Part shown: positions 1 to 10,707 of the stretch, in pieces | How the letters are laid out: each line of letters begins with the position of its first letter | How positions within the stretch are numbered: the stretch's first letter is position 1 | Source: Candidatus Hydrogenedentota bacterium | GTDB taxonomy: Bacteria; Hydrogenedentota; Hydrogenedentia; Hydrogenedentales; SLHB01 | Assembly (NCBI GenBank): GCA_045863295.1 | Contig: BTWA01000021.1 | Location: 1-64,000 of the forward strand | Reading direction: 5' to 3' | Length of the DNA stretch: 64,000 nucleotides | The notes under the pieces: generated by a model | The model's input: only the letters and a program-made list of their open reading frames with translations | What the model was told of the DNA's origin: nothing | The model's database searches: none | Position numbers and translations under genes: made by a program

Positions 1-199
1 CTACCATTAGTGGGTAGGGGTACGCACTTGGTAGGGGATGTTGAAGCGCCCGGTGTAGTATGAGCCGGGCGCGCCTTACTTACCGCGGTATACCCTCCTG
101 TCATGCCGCCTTCCAATCTTCGCCAGCCCTCTGGACAGTCCCGATTCCCTTTTGTACTATGGATTGTCTGAAACTTTGATTCCCGGAAGGAGACTCGTT

Positions 200-1156
200 A
201 TGGCTGTCAATCTCATGTCGACAATGAAAGGTACATTGCTCGAAGGATACTTCCCCGAAGGATGGGACCTCGACGCTATCGACAAAATCTGTTCTCGCCC
301 GCCGGAAGCGCTTACCAAACGCGAGGCTTGGTGGAACAAGGGGTTTGAACCCGTTCTGTGTCCTAGCCTGGCCGATTTCGATGTCATGTTGGGTCACGAA
401 ATCGCAATGGAAATCAAGAGCGCTGCCGAGGCAAAGAAGCCCATCGCATTTATTCTTCCGGTGGGGCCGATGGGTATGTACCGTTGGGCGGTTTATTTCC
501 TGAAAGAGTGGAAGGTGAACTGCAAGCATGTTCACGGATTCAACATGGATGAATGGAGCGACGCGAAAGGCAATACGCTCCCCGCAAAAGACCCTGCGGC
601 ATTTCAGAACGCCATGGAAGAGGCATTTTACGGTCCCCTCGGCAATGCCGCCCCCCCGAAGAGCCAGCGCCACTACGCGACCAAAACCGAACTTCCCAAG
701 TTTGGCGACCAGATTCGCGGATTGAAGAAGAATGGCGCCAAGCTTGTCACGGTATACGGAATCGGGCGGGCTTGCCACATCGCCTTTTGGGAACCGCAAT
801 ACGCCAAAGAGTATGCTTCCGAGGCCGCGTGGAAGGCGGAAGAATTCCGAATTGCAGCCAAGCTACACCCAATGACCATCGAACAAAATGCCATTACGAG
901 CTTCAAAAGCCGGTCGACTCTGGTGCCCGCCACCGCCAACACGGTAGGTCCCGGATTGTTCCTGAAATCGGACCGTTGCATTGGCGGGGCCGACGGCGCG
1001 CTGAGCCGGGGTATGATGTGGCAGGGCATGACGCTGTGGATGACACTCCATCACAAGCCGACTCCGTGGATTACAAGCACGTACATGCCCACGATTCCGG
1101 GACGGCTGTTCTTTCTTCAGGAGTTGGCCGGGCCGTTGACTGCGGACTGCCACTGA
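200..1156 (+). CDS. Glucosamine-6-phosphate isomerase/deaminase (NagB)-like protein
   Basis: FNMDEW and [13 protein letters not shown] resemble the NagB-family motifs (F.LDEY; GIG..GHI.FNEP). ATG at 200 follows a GGAAGGAGA RBS; the ORF track starts at 152. Confidence 0.7.
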   Translation: MAVNLMSTMKGTLLEGYFPEGWDLDAIDKICSRPPEALTKREAWWNKGFEPVLCPSLADFDVMLGHEIAMEIKSAAEAKKPIAFILPVGPMGMYRWAVYFLKEWKVNCKHVHGFNMDEWSDAKGNTLPAKDPAAFQNAMEEAFYGPLGNAAPPKSQRHYATKTELPKFGDQIRGLKKNGAKLVTVYGIGRACHIAFWEPQYAKEYASEAAWKAEEFRIAAKLHPMTIEQNAITSFKSRSTLVPATANTVGPGLFLKSDRCIGGADGALSRGMMWQGMTLWMTLHHKPTPWITSTYMPTIPGRLFFLQELAGPLTADCH

Positions 1157-1192
1157 AGCCATTATTTGGCTGATCGAGATTACATCACGGAC

Positions 1193-1230
1193 GCCCCCCG
1201 GCCGCTTCTTGGCGGCAGGGGGGCTTTATT
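1193..1230 (+). terminator. Putative intrinsic terminator
   Basis: GCCCCCC..GCCGC-loop-GCGGC..GGGGGGC hairpin followed by TTTATT, just after the stop codon. Confidence 0.55.
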
Positions 1231-1528
1231 GTGAGAAGACACTTGGAACTCCATCGAATTCAAACGAAAGTATGTTCGTGGGAGTCCAAAGGCCGGGATC
1301 GAGTGATGGAATTGGCCTCAGGAGGCCAAAATATCCGAATCACTGCAAGATTGGCCAACTTATGGTGAATTCAGCTCAAGAAGTTTTTTGTACTGGCGTA
1401 GGTAGATCCTCGCAACATGTATGGGTGCAGTAGCTTATGCGGGAAATGCCATTTGGCATAATCCTTGCCCTTGCAGAGTGTACGTTTTGGCCAGTCTCTC
1501 AAAAGGCGTCGAAGGGGGTATTTCGATC

Positions 1529-2851
1529 ATGAAGCGGGCTACGGGGTGGTCGTTTCTTGTAGGGCTCGCATGCCTGACGACGGGTATCGCCGTTATGGCG
1601 GCCTTGATCCTTCTGCGAAAACCTCCGGCGGAGGCCCTGACGCAATCCGAAAAATCCCTCTCCGTTGAGGCCATCATCGTCGAGCCGGAAAGCGTGGCCA
1701 CGGAAATCGTGGGCTACGGCCAAGTCCGCACGTTGAATGAAGTACCCATAACCGCCGAAGTGGCTGGAAAAGTAATTGAAATCTATCCGGACCTGGAACC
1801 AGGGACTCGCATTGCCGCGGGTGAAACGCTGTTTGTGATCGATCCCCGGCCGTATGAGGCGCAGGCCGCCGAAAGCAAGGCGGCCGTCGATCAGGCGGCC
1901 AGCACGATAGAACGGATGAATGGTGAGTTGAAGAATGTAAAGGATCGCATTGCCGCTATTGAGCGGACACGCGACCTGGCACAAGCGCAATATGACCGGC
2001 TGAATGGTCTCTTGAAAGAGGACGTTGGCACGCAGGCCGACTTGGATCAGGCGGAAAGAGCCTACGTGCAGGCGCGGGACGAGGCCGAAACGCTCCGTGA
2101 CGAAATTGAGATGTATCCACTCCGCATTGAGGAAATGACCAAAAGCCTCGAAGCGGCCAAGGCCCGGTACGAAATGGCCGCCATCAGCGTGGAAAAAACC
2201 CGCGTGGCCTCGCCGTTCAACGCTCGGGTAAAGAGTGTGTCCTTGGAACGCGATCAATTCGTTTCGCCGGGTTCTGAAATCATGGTGTTGGCGGACGACT
2301 CAATGCTGGAGATACCGGTCAAGCTGTCCAGCCGCGACGTCCACGACTGGTTACCTTTTGATGCTGCATCTAAAGATGGCGGGGCGTGGTTTGCCGGACT
2401 CGAACAAGTCGAGTGCCAGATCTATTGGGTCGAGGCCCCGGATGCCCGAACGTGGACCGGCACACTTTCGCGGGTCGAGTCATTCGATCCATCTGTGCGA
2501 ACCATAACCGCCGCCATTCGCTTGAATGCCGAGCAGGCTGTGGCGGATGGATTTCCCCTTGTGGAGGGCATGTTCTGCAAAGTATCGATTCCCGGCAAAC
2601 ATCTCGATGCCGTTTACCGCGTCCCGTTGAGCGCCATCACGTTGGACAATTCTGTCTACGTCGCGCGGGATGGCAGGCTCAAGAGCGTGCCGGTTCGAGT
2701 CGCCAGAACCCAGGGAAGCCACGCCTATATCACTGAGGGATTGTCCGAAGGCGATACCGTGATTACAACCAAACTGGTCAACCCGCTCGACAACACATTG
2801 CTCGACGTGCAAGTGCGCGGCGAGACTTCTGCCGCGGAGGCCACTTCGTGA
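1529..2851 (+). CDS. RND efflux periplasmic adaptor (membrane fusion protein)
   Basis: N-terminal TM segment, lipoyl-half motifs (AEVAGKV; SPFNARV), central coiled coil; overlaps the RND permease start (GTGA). Confidence 0.9.
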   Translation: MKRATGWSFLVGLACLTTGIAVMAALILLRKPPAEALTQSEKSLSVEAIIVEPESVATEIVGYGQVRTLNEVPITAEVAGKVIEIYPDLEPGTRIAAGETLFVIDPRPYEAQAAESKAAVDQAASTIERMNGELKNVKDRIAAIERTRDLAQAQYDRLNGLLKEDVGTQADLDQAERAYVQARDEAETLRDEIEMYPLRIEEMTKSLEAAKARYEMAAISVEKTRVASPFNARVKSVSLERDQFVSPGSEIMVLADDSMLEIPVKLSSRDVHDWLPFDAASKDGGAWFAGLEQVECQIYWVEAPDARTWTGTLSRVESFDPSVRTITAAIRLNAEQAVADGFPLVEGMFCKVSIPGKHLDAVYRVPLSAITLDNSVYVARDGRLKSVPVRVARTQGSHAYITEGLSEGDTVITTKLVNPLDNTLLDVQVRGETSAAEATS

Positions 2852-5800
2852 GATTGCTCGTCGAGAGGCTGGTGGGCAACAACGTACTCGCGAACGTTGT
2901 GTTGTCCATTGTCGTCATCGTCGGCATCATCGCCACGCTCAATCTGACCCGTGAGAGCATGCCCGACATCGACATCAACTATATTGCGGTATCGGTGTCA
3001 TTGCCCGGTTCGGATCCCGAGGAATCGGAAGAGGCAATCTCCCAACGCATCGAAGCGGCAATCGACGGCCTACAGGGCATTAAGCAGTATTCCACCACCT
3101 CCTATGAGGGTGGCGCGGAAGTCATTATCGAAGTCATGGACGACTACGACACACAAGAGGTTCTCGATCGTGTACGGAATGCAATAGATTCGATTTCCAC
3201 GTTCCCGGTGCGTGCCGAGCGCCCGCTGGTTTGGGAGATAACCGACGAAGAAGAGGTCATCGACATTGCCTTGTTTGGCGAATTGCCCGAGCGCCAACTG
3301 AAAGAGTGGGCGGAAACGGTTCGAGCCGATTTGCAGCGTCTCCCTGAAATCTCGCTGGCGGAAATCACAGGGATCCGCAATTACGAAATTACGGTCGAGA
3401 TTTCAAAAGACAAGTTAATGCAGTACGGCCTGACGTTCGAGGAAGTCAGCGCGGCGGTGCAACAGGGCAGTCTGAATCTTCCATCGGGAGTGATAAAAGC
3501 CGAAGGCGAAGAAATCAGAATCCGGACCATGGGCCGCAAATACACCGGTCCAGAGTTTGGTTCCATTGTTGTCAAGGCCACGCCGGAAGGCGACATCATT
3601 ACGCTCGGGCAGGTCGCCAACATCCGCGACGGATTTATTGAATACCGATCCTACGCTACTTTCGACGGCCACCCGTGCGCGTTGATTTATATTGAGAAAG
3701 CCCCGGGTGAAGACTCCATTGCCATCGCCGAAGCAGTGCACAAATACGTGGCCGAGAAGAAGAAATCGCTTCCGCCCGGGCTGCAGATCGCGGCCTGCTT
3801 CGACGATGCGGAGTTCATTAAGGGTCAGATCAGCCTGCTTGTGAAGAACGGTATTGCAGGACTGATATTAGTCGTCGTCGTGTTGACCTTGTTTCTGAGT
3901 CCTCGTTTGAGTTTCTGGATTGCCATGGGAATACCCATCTCTCTGAGCGGTGCGCTGGTTCTCATGTGGCTTTTGGACACGAGCATTAACCAGGTGACAC
4001 TGATAACATTCATCGTGGTGCTTGGAATCATCGTTGATGATGCCATTGTGGTAGGCGAAGCCATTTACGTGCACCGGAAGAAGGGCCAGCCTCCCATCCA
4101 GGCCGCAGTGGAGGGGGTCCTGGAAGTGGGCGCTCCAGTCTTGGCGGCTGTGACCACCACGATTATGGCGTTCATTCCGCTCATGTTTGTGCCGGGGTTC
4201 ATCGGCCAACTCATGTTTTATATGCCCGTGGTGGTAATCTCCGCGCTCTTGGTCTCTCTGGTCGAAAGTTTATTCATGCTGCCCACGCACTTGAATGACC
4301 TGCCGGATCCCAATCTGCCCATACCCCAGGATAGCCGGGTTTCGTCGCGACTGCGCCGACTGCATGCGCGAATTGGCGACGGGTTGGATTGGTTCGCGGA
4401 ACATGTTGTCGGAACTGGCGCCCGGATTGCGGTCGAACATCGGTACACGACCTTCTGCGTTGCCGTCGGCATCCTGTGCGTCGCGGCAGGACTCGTTGGC
4501 GGCAATGTGGTCCGTGTCATTTTCTGGCCCCCGGTTGATGGCAATCACCTGCGGGCATTCGTCGAATTCCCTGTCGGAACGCCACCGGAGGTCACTCGAG
4601 ACGCAGTAGAGCAAACGCGCCAGGCGTTCGCGCGTGTCGCGGAAAAAACCAAGACTACCAGCGGCGAGCCCCTCGTCCGGCATACATATACACAAGTTTA
4701 TCAGCCCCATATGGGCCGCATTACGGTTGAGATGCTCAGCCCTTCTCAGCGGGGCGTGCATTCTCAGGATTTGGCCGCGCAATGGGAAAAAGAAGTGGGC
4801 GTTATCCCGGGCGCCGTGCAACAGAGCTTTTTAGAGGAAAGCGTGGGTGGAGGCGGGCCCGCCATTGAGCTCTGGCTGCAAGGACGTGATATGGACGCCC
4901 TGCAGGCTGCCTCCAATCAATTGAAGGAAAAGCTCCGCAAGTACGAAGGCGTGTTTCAGGTTTCGGATGATGCCCGATCGGGAAAACTCGAAGTCCGCAT
5001 CAAGCTGAAGCCAGAAGCGCATACGCTGGGATTGACGTTGAGCGACGTCGCCCAACATCTCTACGCCGGGTATTACGGAGCAGAGCCCATCCGCCAACAG
5101 CGGGGCAGGGACGACATGCGCGTACGAGTACGCTTCCCCGACGGCGATCGAAAGACGATTTCCGATCTGGAGCAAGTGCGCATTCCCACGCCGCAGGGCC
5201 AGAATGTTCCGTTGTTGTCTGTTGCGACACTTGAGATGGCCAATGGGTATTCTCTCATTCGCGGATCGAACGGTATGCGGCGCATCGCCGTTACGGCGGC
5301 CGTGGACGCCAACAAGGCCGCTCCACACGAAGTTGTAGGCGATCTGGTCGACAGTGGATACCTGGACAACCTCAAATCGCAGTTTGCACTTGCTTCGTGG
5401 TCGATCGAGGGTGCGGAAGAAGAGAACATGGAAACCGTGGGCGGCCTGAAGCGAGGCTTCCTCATTGCCATACTTGGAATCTACCTCATCGTTGCCGCCA
5501 TTTTCCGTTCGTATCTGCAGCCGTTGATAATTATGGTGGTGATTCCGTTCGGCGTTGCCGGTGCCGTTTTCGGCCACTACCTGGACAACATTCCCCTCAC
5601 CATTTTGAGCTTCTTTGGTATTGTCGCACTGGCCGGCGTCGTTGTGAACGATGCCATTGTTCTTATTGAATGCATTAATGAGTTGATGGCGGAAGGTATG
5701 GCCTTTACCGAGGCGTTATGGACCGGCGCGGTCAGGCGATTTCGGGCCATAATGTTGACAACCGCCACGACCAGTATTGGCTTGCTGCCGCTCATCCTTG

Positions 5801-6054
5801 AACAAGACTTGCAGGCGCAAGTGGTGATTCCCATGGCCGTATCCATATCGGCCGGTGTATTGTTTGCCACGGGCGTAACACTTCTCCTCATCCCAGCGTT
5901 GCTGGCTATCCTCAACGATGCCCGGCGGCTTGTCTACCGAATGATTCGGGGCACCTGGCCCACCCCTGAAGAGGTGGAACCGGGCGCAGGCCGGAGAGCA
6001 CCCAAGGATGTGCCGGTCGAGAATGTGTCCGGCCAGGCGACGCTTACTTCCTGA
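2848..6054 (+). CDS. RND efflux permease (AcrB/AcrD/AcrF family)
   Basis: 1068 aa with GIIVDDAIVV, GVVVNDAIVL and RFRAIMLT motifs and two large periplasmic loops. Confidence 0.95.
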   Translation: MRLLVERLVGNNVLANVVLSIVVIVGIIATLNLTRESMPDIDINYIAVSVSLPGSDPEESEEAISQRIEAAIDGLQGIKQYSTTSYEGGAEVIIEVMDDYDTQEVLDRVRNAIDSISTFPVRAERPLVWEITDEEEVIDIALFGELPERQLKEWAETVRADLQRLPEISLAEITGIRNYEITVEISKDKLMQYGLTFEEVSAAVQQGSLNLPSGVIKAEGEEIRIRTMGRKYTGPEFGSIVVKATPEGDIITLGQVANIRDGFIEYRSYATFDGHPCALIYIEKAPGEDSIAIAEAVHKYVAEKKKSLPPGLQIAACFDDAEFIKGQISLLVKNGIAGLILVVVVLTLFLSPRLSFWIAMGIPISLSGALVLMWLLDTSINQVTLITFIVVLGIIVDDAIVVGEAIYVHRKKGQPPIQAAVEGVLEVGAPVLAAVTTTIMAFIPLMFVPGFIGQLMFYMPVVVISALLVSLVESLFMLPTHLNDLPDPNLPIPQDSRVSSRLRRLHARIGDGLDWFAEHVVGTGARIAVEHRYTTFCVAVGILCVAAGLVGGNVVRVIFWPPVDGNHLRAFVEFPVGTPPEVTRDAVEQTRQAFARVAEKTKTTSGEPLVRHTYTQVYQPHMGRITVEMLSPSQRGVHSQDLAAQWEKEVGVIPGAVQQSFLEESVGGGGPAIELWLQGRDMDALQAASNQLKEKLRKYEGVFQVSDDARSGKLEVRIKLKPEAHTLGLTLSDVAQHLYAGYYGAEPIRQQRGRDDMRVRVRFPDGDRKTISDLEQVRIPTPQGQNVPLLSVATLEMANGYSLIRGSNGMRRIAVTAAVDANKAAPHEVVGDLVDSGYLDNLKSQFALASWSIEGAEEENMETVGGLKRGFLIAILGIYLIVAAIFRSYLQPLIIMVVIPFGVAGAVFGHYLDNIPLTILSFFGIVALAGVVVNDAIVLIECINELMAEGMAFTEALWTGAVRRFRAIMLTTATTSIGLLPLILEQDLQAQVVIPMAVSISAGVLFATGVTLLLIPALLAILNDARRLVYRMIRGTWPTPEEVEPGAGRRAPKDVPVENVSGQATLTS

Positions 6055-6180
6055 GCCACACGCAGTCATTATCCGCTGGCAACCCTGCACGCTTGTAGGG
6101 TACACTTGTGAGTTGGCGGTAGGGCATCCCTCACACCCGCCCGGCTAATTACTCTGCAAAGACTTTGAACTGAGACTATC

Positions 6181-7713
6181 GTGCGTCGAATCCTATTTAT
6201 TTGTGCCGTTCTGGCTGCCTGGCCGGCCTATCCCGATCTACAAAACTTCGAAATCGGCGGTTCGATCGCCATCCGCGGCCGTTGGTTTCACAATAGCTTC
6301 AATCCCAACCGCGAAGTACGCATACCCCGGTTTTTTACGATCGGCCGTCCCCTTGGCCCGCAAGGCGCCAACAGCGCCTACGCTTGGGACAATCACGCTA
6401 TTGATCGCAAGTTTGTCGAGATGGACACGCGAATTCACGTCCGTGCGGATTTCACTACTTTCACCGCCGCACTCGTTGAGATCGAAAGTTACGACGTTTG
6501 GGGTGAGGATTTTCGGTCCAATTGGCAGTTGGGATCCGATTCGCGTTCCGTTTCGGTCAATGATGTGGAAATACTTCAAGCGTATGTGGAGGCGGACGAG
6601 ATTTACGGCGCTCCCATTCGCCTGAGAGTCGGCCGTCAGCGCCTGAGATTTGACGACGGATGGCTTGTATCCGACAAGGGCAATGCCATACGTGGACTCT
6701 CTTTCGACGGCGCTCGACTAACGTGGAGTCTCGATCCATGGTTGTTCGATGCATTCTGGACTCGCATCGGCAACTCCGGCCCAGTGGAATCGGACGGCAA
6801 CACCGGGTTCGCGGGAGTACGTGCGGAATACTCCGGATTCGACTCAACGGATGTTTCGGCTTATTGGTACTGGTTGCGCGATGCGCGGTCTCAGAATGAC
6901 ACAAATTTCGCCGGTCCTTTAGAGATGCTTGAAGATGTGTTCGGCCTGGACAACTATGACCCGAGCAATCTTCACACCATGGGCATTTTCGTGCGGGGTG
7001 ATATTGCATCATGGGACTATGCGCTCCATGCGGCGTATCAATTTGGCGAAGCCGATGCCGTCGGTGCTTCGTTCAGGCCATTCCTGTATGGCGACAACAG
7101 CGCACAGTTCGACGCATTCGCGGGCGATATCGAACTTGGTTATACGTTTGATGCCTCTTGGAGTCCGAGGCTGTATGTGGGCGGGGCGTATATCGGAGGC
7201 GAAGACAATCGCGACCTCTCGTTTCAGGATTGGATGGATCCGTTGGATACGCCGGAAGCCAGCGTTTCTTTTGTCCGGCTGTTTTCTGAAAACGCTTACA
7301 CCAACCTATTTGACAACGAGAAGTCGCTTTCGAATTTCTGGCAGGTGCGCGCCGGTATCGTTTTGGAGCCGGTGGAAACGATTTCCATCTCTCTCGAAGC
7401 GGCCCACTATGAAGTACTCGATCCGTTTGACATGCCGTGGAGCTTCCGCGCAGCCAGGTTTGAAATTCCCATTGCGCCGTCTTTGAGCTTTCTCACCAAG
7501 GAAGCATCCAACGAACTTGGCGATGCCGTCACGCTCCGGGTAACCTATGCCTATTCGGACAACGTGACGGTAAGCGCGGGATGGGAACATCTCTTCTCCG
7601 GTGAAGCGCTCGGGCAGGGTGCGTTTGTCCGGTACAACGGATCCGAGAATATCGGCGGTAAGGATTCAGACGATGCCGACTACTTTTTCCTACTGGCGGC
7701 GCTGTCGTTCTAA
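6181..7713 (+). CDS. Alginate export family outer-membrane beta-barrel
   Basis: Signal peptide; LQAYVE..LRVGRQRL..FDG pattern; alternating beta-strands; C-terminal Phe. Confidence 0.7.
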   Translation: MRRILFICAVLAAWPAYPDLQNFEIGGSIAIRGRWFHNSFNPNREVRIPRFFTIGRPLGPQGANSAYAWDNHAIDRKFVEMDTRIHVRADFTTFTAALVEIESYDVWGEDFRSNWQLGSDSRSVSVNDVEILQAYVEADEIYGAPIRLRVGRQRLRFDDGWLVSDKGNAIRGLSFDGARLTWSLDPWLFDAFWTRIGNSGPVESDGNTGFAGVRAEYSGFDSTDVSAYWYWLRDARSQNDTNFAGPLEMLEDVFGLDNYDPSNLHTMGIFVRGDIASWDYALHAAYQFGEADAVGASFRPFLYGDNSAQFDAFAGDIELGYTFDASWSPRLYVGGAYIGGEDNRDLSFQDWMDPLDTPEASVSFVRLFSENAYTNLFDNEKSLSNFWQVRAGIVLEPVETISISLEAAHYEVLDPFDMPWSFRAARFEIPIAPSLSFLTKEASNELGDAVTLRVTYAYSDNVTVSAGWEHLFSGEALGQGAFVRYNGSENIGGKDSDDADYFFLLAALSF

Positions 7714-7714
7714 A

Positions 7715-8503
7715 GTGATCGCCTTGATGGCGGCGAGTTTCGTGGGCGTGTGCACGGCAAATGCCGAACCGCGGGTGCTGCTCATTGGCGACAGTTGGGC
7801 TGCCGGAATGCTGCTAAACCGATCATTCGATAAGGCCTTTGCCAATTTTGGCCTGGACGACGTCGAACTCTCGGGTCAGAAGACAGCGCTTGGCGGATCC
7901 ACGGCCCGCGAATGGGCGAAGAACCACGACGGAAAACTCGACGCCATCGCCTCGGAGTTGTCGGCTAAACCTTCCCTGGACACCGCTCTATTGTTTCTCG
8001 GCGGAAACGATTTGCTGGGTTGGGCACAAAAGAACGCCTTGGAATCCTCCACGCCTGAACAGCGCGAGAGTCTATATCGTCAGATTTGTGGTGATCTTGA
8101 GACGGTAATCCGGTTTCTGAGCGAATGCAGACCCGGCATTCGCGTCGTACTTTGCGACTATGATTTTCTCGATCCCGCGCGCATAACTGAAGTGTATGAT
8201 CTGGAATTCAAGGGAGACTGCACGCCAAAACTGCTCAACGACGCATTGCTCGAATTGGCGAAGAAGAAAGCAGCGCTCATCGCTGAGTTTTCAAATGGTC
8301 TTTTTGTAAGTCAGTATGGCCTGCTGCAACGTCAAGCCGGTATGCAGGCGGCGTCCGACCTGCCAAGTCCGCCGGAACTCATGCCCGACGGCGTTCATCC
8401 TTCGCCCGCGGGATTCGATCGCGTTGCCGCGGGTTGCCTGCAATCCATGATGGACGCCGATCCTCCGTTGTTCGCAAACCCCGGAAAGGGCCCGGACAAG
8501 TGA
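7715..8503 (+). CDS. SGNH/GDSL hydrolase
   Basis: LIGDSW (block I), GGND (block III), DGVH (block V); signal-like N-terminus. Start is GTG 7715 or ATG 7727. Confidence 0.8.
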   Translation: MIALMAASFVGVCTANAEPRVLLIGDSWAAGMLLNRSFDKAFANFGLDDVELSGQKTALGGSTAREWAKNHDGKLDAIASELSAKPSLDTALLFLGGNDLLGWAQKNALESSTPEQRESLYRQICGDLETVIRFLSECRPGIRVVLCDYDFLDPARITEVYDLEFKGDCTPKLLNDALLELAKKKAALIAEFSNGLFVSQYGLLQRQAGMQAASDLPSPPELMPDGVHPSPAGFDRVAAGCLQSMMDADPPLFANPGKGPDK

Positions 8504-9300
8504 AGCCCCAACAGGCCGAAATATGGGATCTTCACAATCACCTGTCCGGTGTCGAAGGACGAACACCCGACGAGCGTATGGCCGCGCTTATACGGCACGC
8601 GGATCGAATGGGGATAGAAAAGCTCTGCGTGTTCATGGGTATGGAATGGGACTACGATCCCGATCCGGATCGATTCCGGCGCGATAATGATGAAGTGCTG
8701 CAGGCACTCAGCCACTGGCATCACCGCGCGTTTGGTTTTGTCTATTTGAATCCCAAGTATCCGGAGGAATCGTTACGCGAACTTGATCGGTGCGTGGCGG
8801 AAGGCCCCATGGTTGGTATCAAGTTGTGGGTTGCAGAGCATTGCAATGTGCCCGGGATCGACCCCATCATTCGGCGTGCGGTGGAGCTGAATGCTGTCGT
8901 CTTTCAACACACGTGGATCAAAATTACCGGCAACCTGCCCGGCGAGAGTACCCCCATGGAACTGGCGGAACTTGCCGTGCGCCATCCCGATGCGACGCTA
9001 GTTTGCGGGCACACCGGCGGCGACTGGGAGATCGGAATCCGCGCCATACGGGCTTTTCCAAATGTGTACGTTGATCTGGGAGGAGGCAACCCCACGGCGG
9101 GCATGACGGAAATGGCCGTCCGTGAATTGGGGGCCGATCGAGTACTTTATGGAAGCGATGCCGGCGGACGCAGTTTCGCTTCGCAGCTTGCCAAAGTCTA
9201 CGGCGCGCAAATCGATGACGAGAGCAAACGCAAGATCCTGGGCGGCAATCTCAAGCGCATCCTGGGGCCCATCGTGAGAGCGAAGGGCGGCGCATTCTGA
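8500..9300 (+). CDS. Amidohydrolase_2 family metal-dependent hydrolase
   Basis: DLHNH, GIKL, VCGH and VLYGSD motifs; the GTG start overlaps the upstream TGA. Confidence 0.85.
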   Translation: MKPQQAEIWDLHNHLSGVEGRTPDERMAALIRHADRMGIEKLCVFMGMEWDYDPDPDRFRRDNDEVLQALSHWHHRAFGFVYLNPKYPEESLRELDRCVAEGPMVGIKLWVAEHCNVPGIDPIIRRAVELNAVVFQHTWIKITGNLPGESTPMELAELAVRHPDATLVCGHTGGDWEIGIRAIRAFPNVYVDLGGGNPTAGMTEMAVRELGADRVLYGSDAGGRSFASQLAKVYGAQIDDESKRKILGGNLKRILGPIVRAKGGAF

Positions 9301-9336
9301 AAAAAAGAGCCCCGGCGCATTGACGCGGCCGGGGCC
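9301..9336 (-). terminator. Intrinsic terminator of the lpx operon (possibly bidirectional)
   Basis: GCCCCGGC..GCCGGGGC stem with an adjacent A6 run (U-tract on the minus strand), between convergent genes. Confidence 0.7.
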
Positions 9337-9354
9337 CAGAAAGTCACGCCTTGA

Positions 9355-10707
9355 CTAATTGGTCGCTTCGGACTGGCTTTCCAAATTCTTGTTTGGCTGT
9401 ACTTCCATCAGACCAAACATCATGTCGGCCTCCGCAGCCACTTCGTGCCCCACCTTCGCGCACGCGCGCACCTTGCATGCATTCCGGCGCATCTTGATAA
9501 CTTCGGCCTCGATGACCAGTTGATCGCCGGGCACAACGGTGCGACGGAATTTCGCACGATCAATGCCCAGGAAAATGGCCACCTTGCCCGGATCGCCGCC
9601 GTCTTCGCCGAAAATAAGTACGGAACTCACCTGCGCCATGCTCTCTATAATGAGCACGCCGGGCATCACCGGCATCACCGGCCAATGCCCTTGGAAATAC
9701 GGTTCATTGACCGTAACGTTCTTTATCCCCACCACCCGCTCAAACGGCACGTAGCTGAGTATCCGGTCCACCAGCAAGAACGGAAAGCGGTGGGGCAGGA
9801 TTTTCATGATCATATTGACGTCCAACGCCACGGGCATTGGCGTCACCGTCCGGCCATTTGTCCGTTTGGCACGGCCGTTCGACACACTCTTCTTGATCTC
9901 CTTGGAGAACAAGATGTGGGAGGCATGGCCGGATTTCACGCCCACGACGTGCCCTTTGACCGGCCGTCCCAACAAATACATGTCTCCGATCAAGTCAAGA
10001 ATCTTATGGCGTACAAACTCGTCGGGGAATCGAAGGCTGTCATTCAGGATGGACTCGTCGCCGATGGCCACCGCGTTCTCAAGGCTAACGCCTTTGATCA
10101 GGCCGCGCTCCTGCAGCATCTTCGCGTCGCGCAAGAATCCAAACGTGCGCGCCGGCGCAATGTCCTTCGCAAAGGTCTCGGGCGATATGGTATAGGTCGC
10201 GTATTGCGTTCCGATTGACACATGGTCGAACGCGATCGTCATGGTAATCCGCAATTCGTCCGCGGGAAGCACGCTCAACGTGACCTCCCCGTTCTTGTAA
10301 TAAACAGGGTGCTCCACCTTGATGTAGTTGCGTTCCGCATCCTGTTCGACAACGCCCGCCTTTTGCAGCGTGCTCATGAACGGTTCGGCGCTGCCGTCGC
10401 CTACAGGAGTCTCATTCGCGTCCACCTCGATGTCGAGGTTGTCGATTGACAGCCCGGCCACGGCCGCGAGCACATGCTCCACGGTGTGAACGATGGCGCC
10501 GTCGGCGCCGATGGTCGTGCCGTAGGAGACGTCCACCACATTGTCCACGTCCGCCTTGATGGCGGGCCGCCCCGGCAAGTCGACGCGGTAGAACGTAATA
10601 CCGCTATTGACCGGCGCGGGCTTGAACGTGATGGTGGTCAGATTGCCGGTGTGGAGACCGATTCCGGAGAAGGAAACGTCTCTAGCAATTGTCTTCTGTT
10701 TTTCCAT
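9355..10707 (-). CDS. lpxC: Bifunctional UDP-3-O-acyl-GlcNAc deacetylase / 3-hydroxyacyl-ACP dehydratase (LpxC-FabZ fusion)
   Basis: LpxC motifs GIGLHTG, TVEH, ARTFGF, HKILDLIGD, followed by FabZ motifs LPHRFPFLLVD and GHWP..PVMPGVL. Confidence 0.95.
   Translation of the reverse strand: MEKQKTIARDVSFSGIGLHTGNLTTITFKPAPVNSGITFYRVDLPGRPAIKADVDNVVDVSYGTTIGADGAIVHTVEHVLAAVAGLSIDNLDIEVDANETPVGDGSAEPFMSTLQKAGVVEQDAERNYIKVEHPVYYKNGEVTLSVLPADELRITMTIAFDHVSIGTQYATYTISPETFAKDIAPARTFGFLRDAKMLQERGLIKGVSLENAVAIGDESILNDSLRFPDEFVRHKILDLIGDMYLLGRPVKGHVVGVKSGHASHILFSKEIKKSVSNGRAKRTNGRTVTPMPVALDVNMIMKILPHRFPFLLVDRILSYVPFERVVGIKNVTVNEPYFQGHWPVMPVMPGVLIIESMAQVSSVLIFGEDGGDPGKVAIFLGIDRAKFRRTVVPGDQLVIEAEVIKMRRNACKVRACAKVGHEVAAEADMMFGLMEVQPNKNLESQSEATN

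Noticed and set aside
46..72. GCGCCCGG/CCGGGCGC hairpin near the window start
   Set aside because: It is a short GC stem with no U-tract and no upstream context to interpret it.
9355..10707. LpxC-FabZ fusion as a novelty
   Set aside because: This fusion is already known from Bacteroidota and several other diderm phyla.
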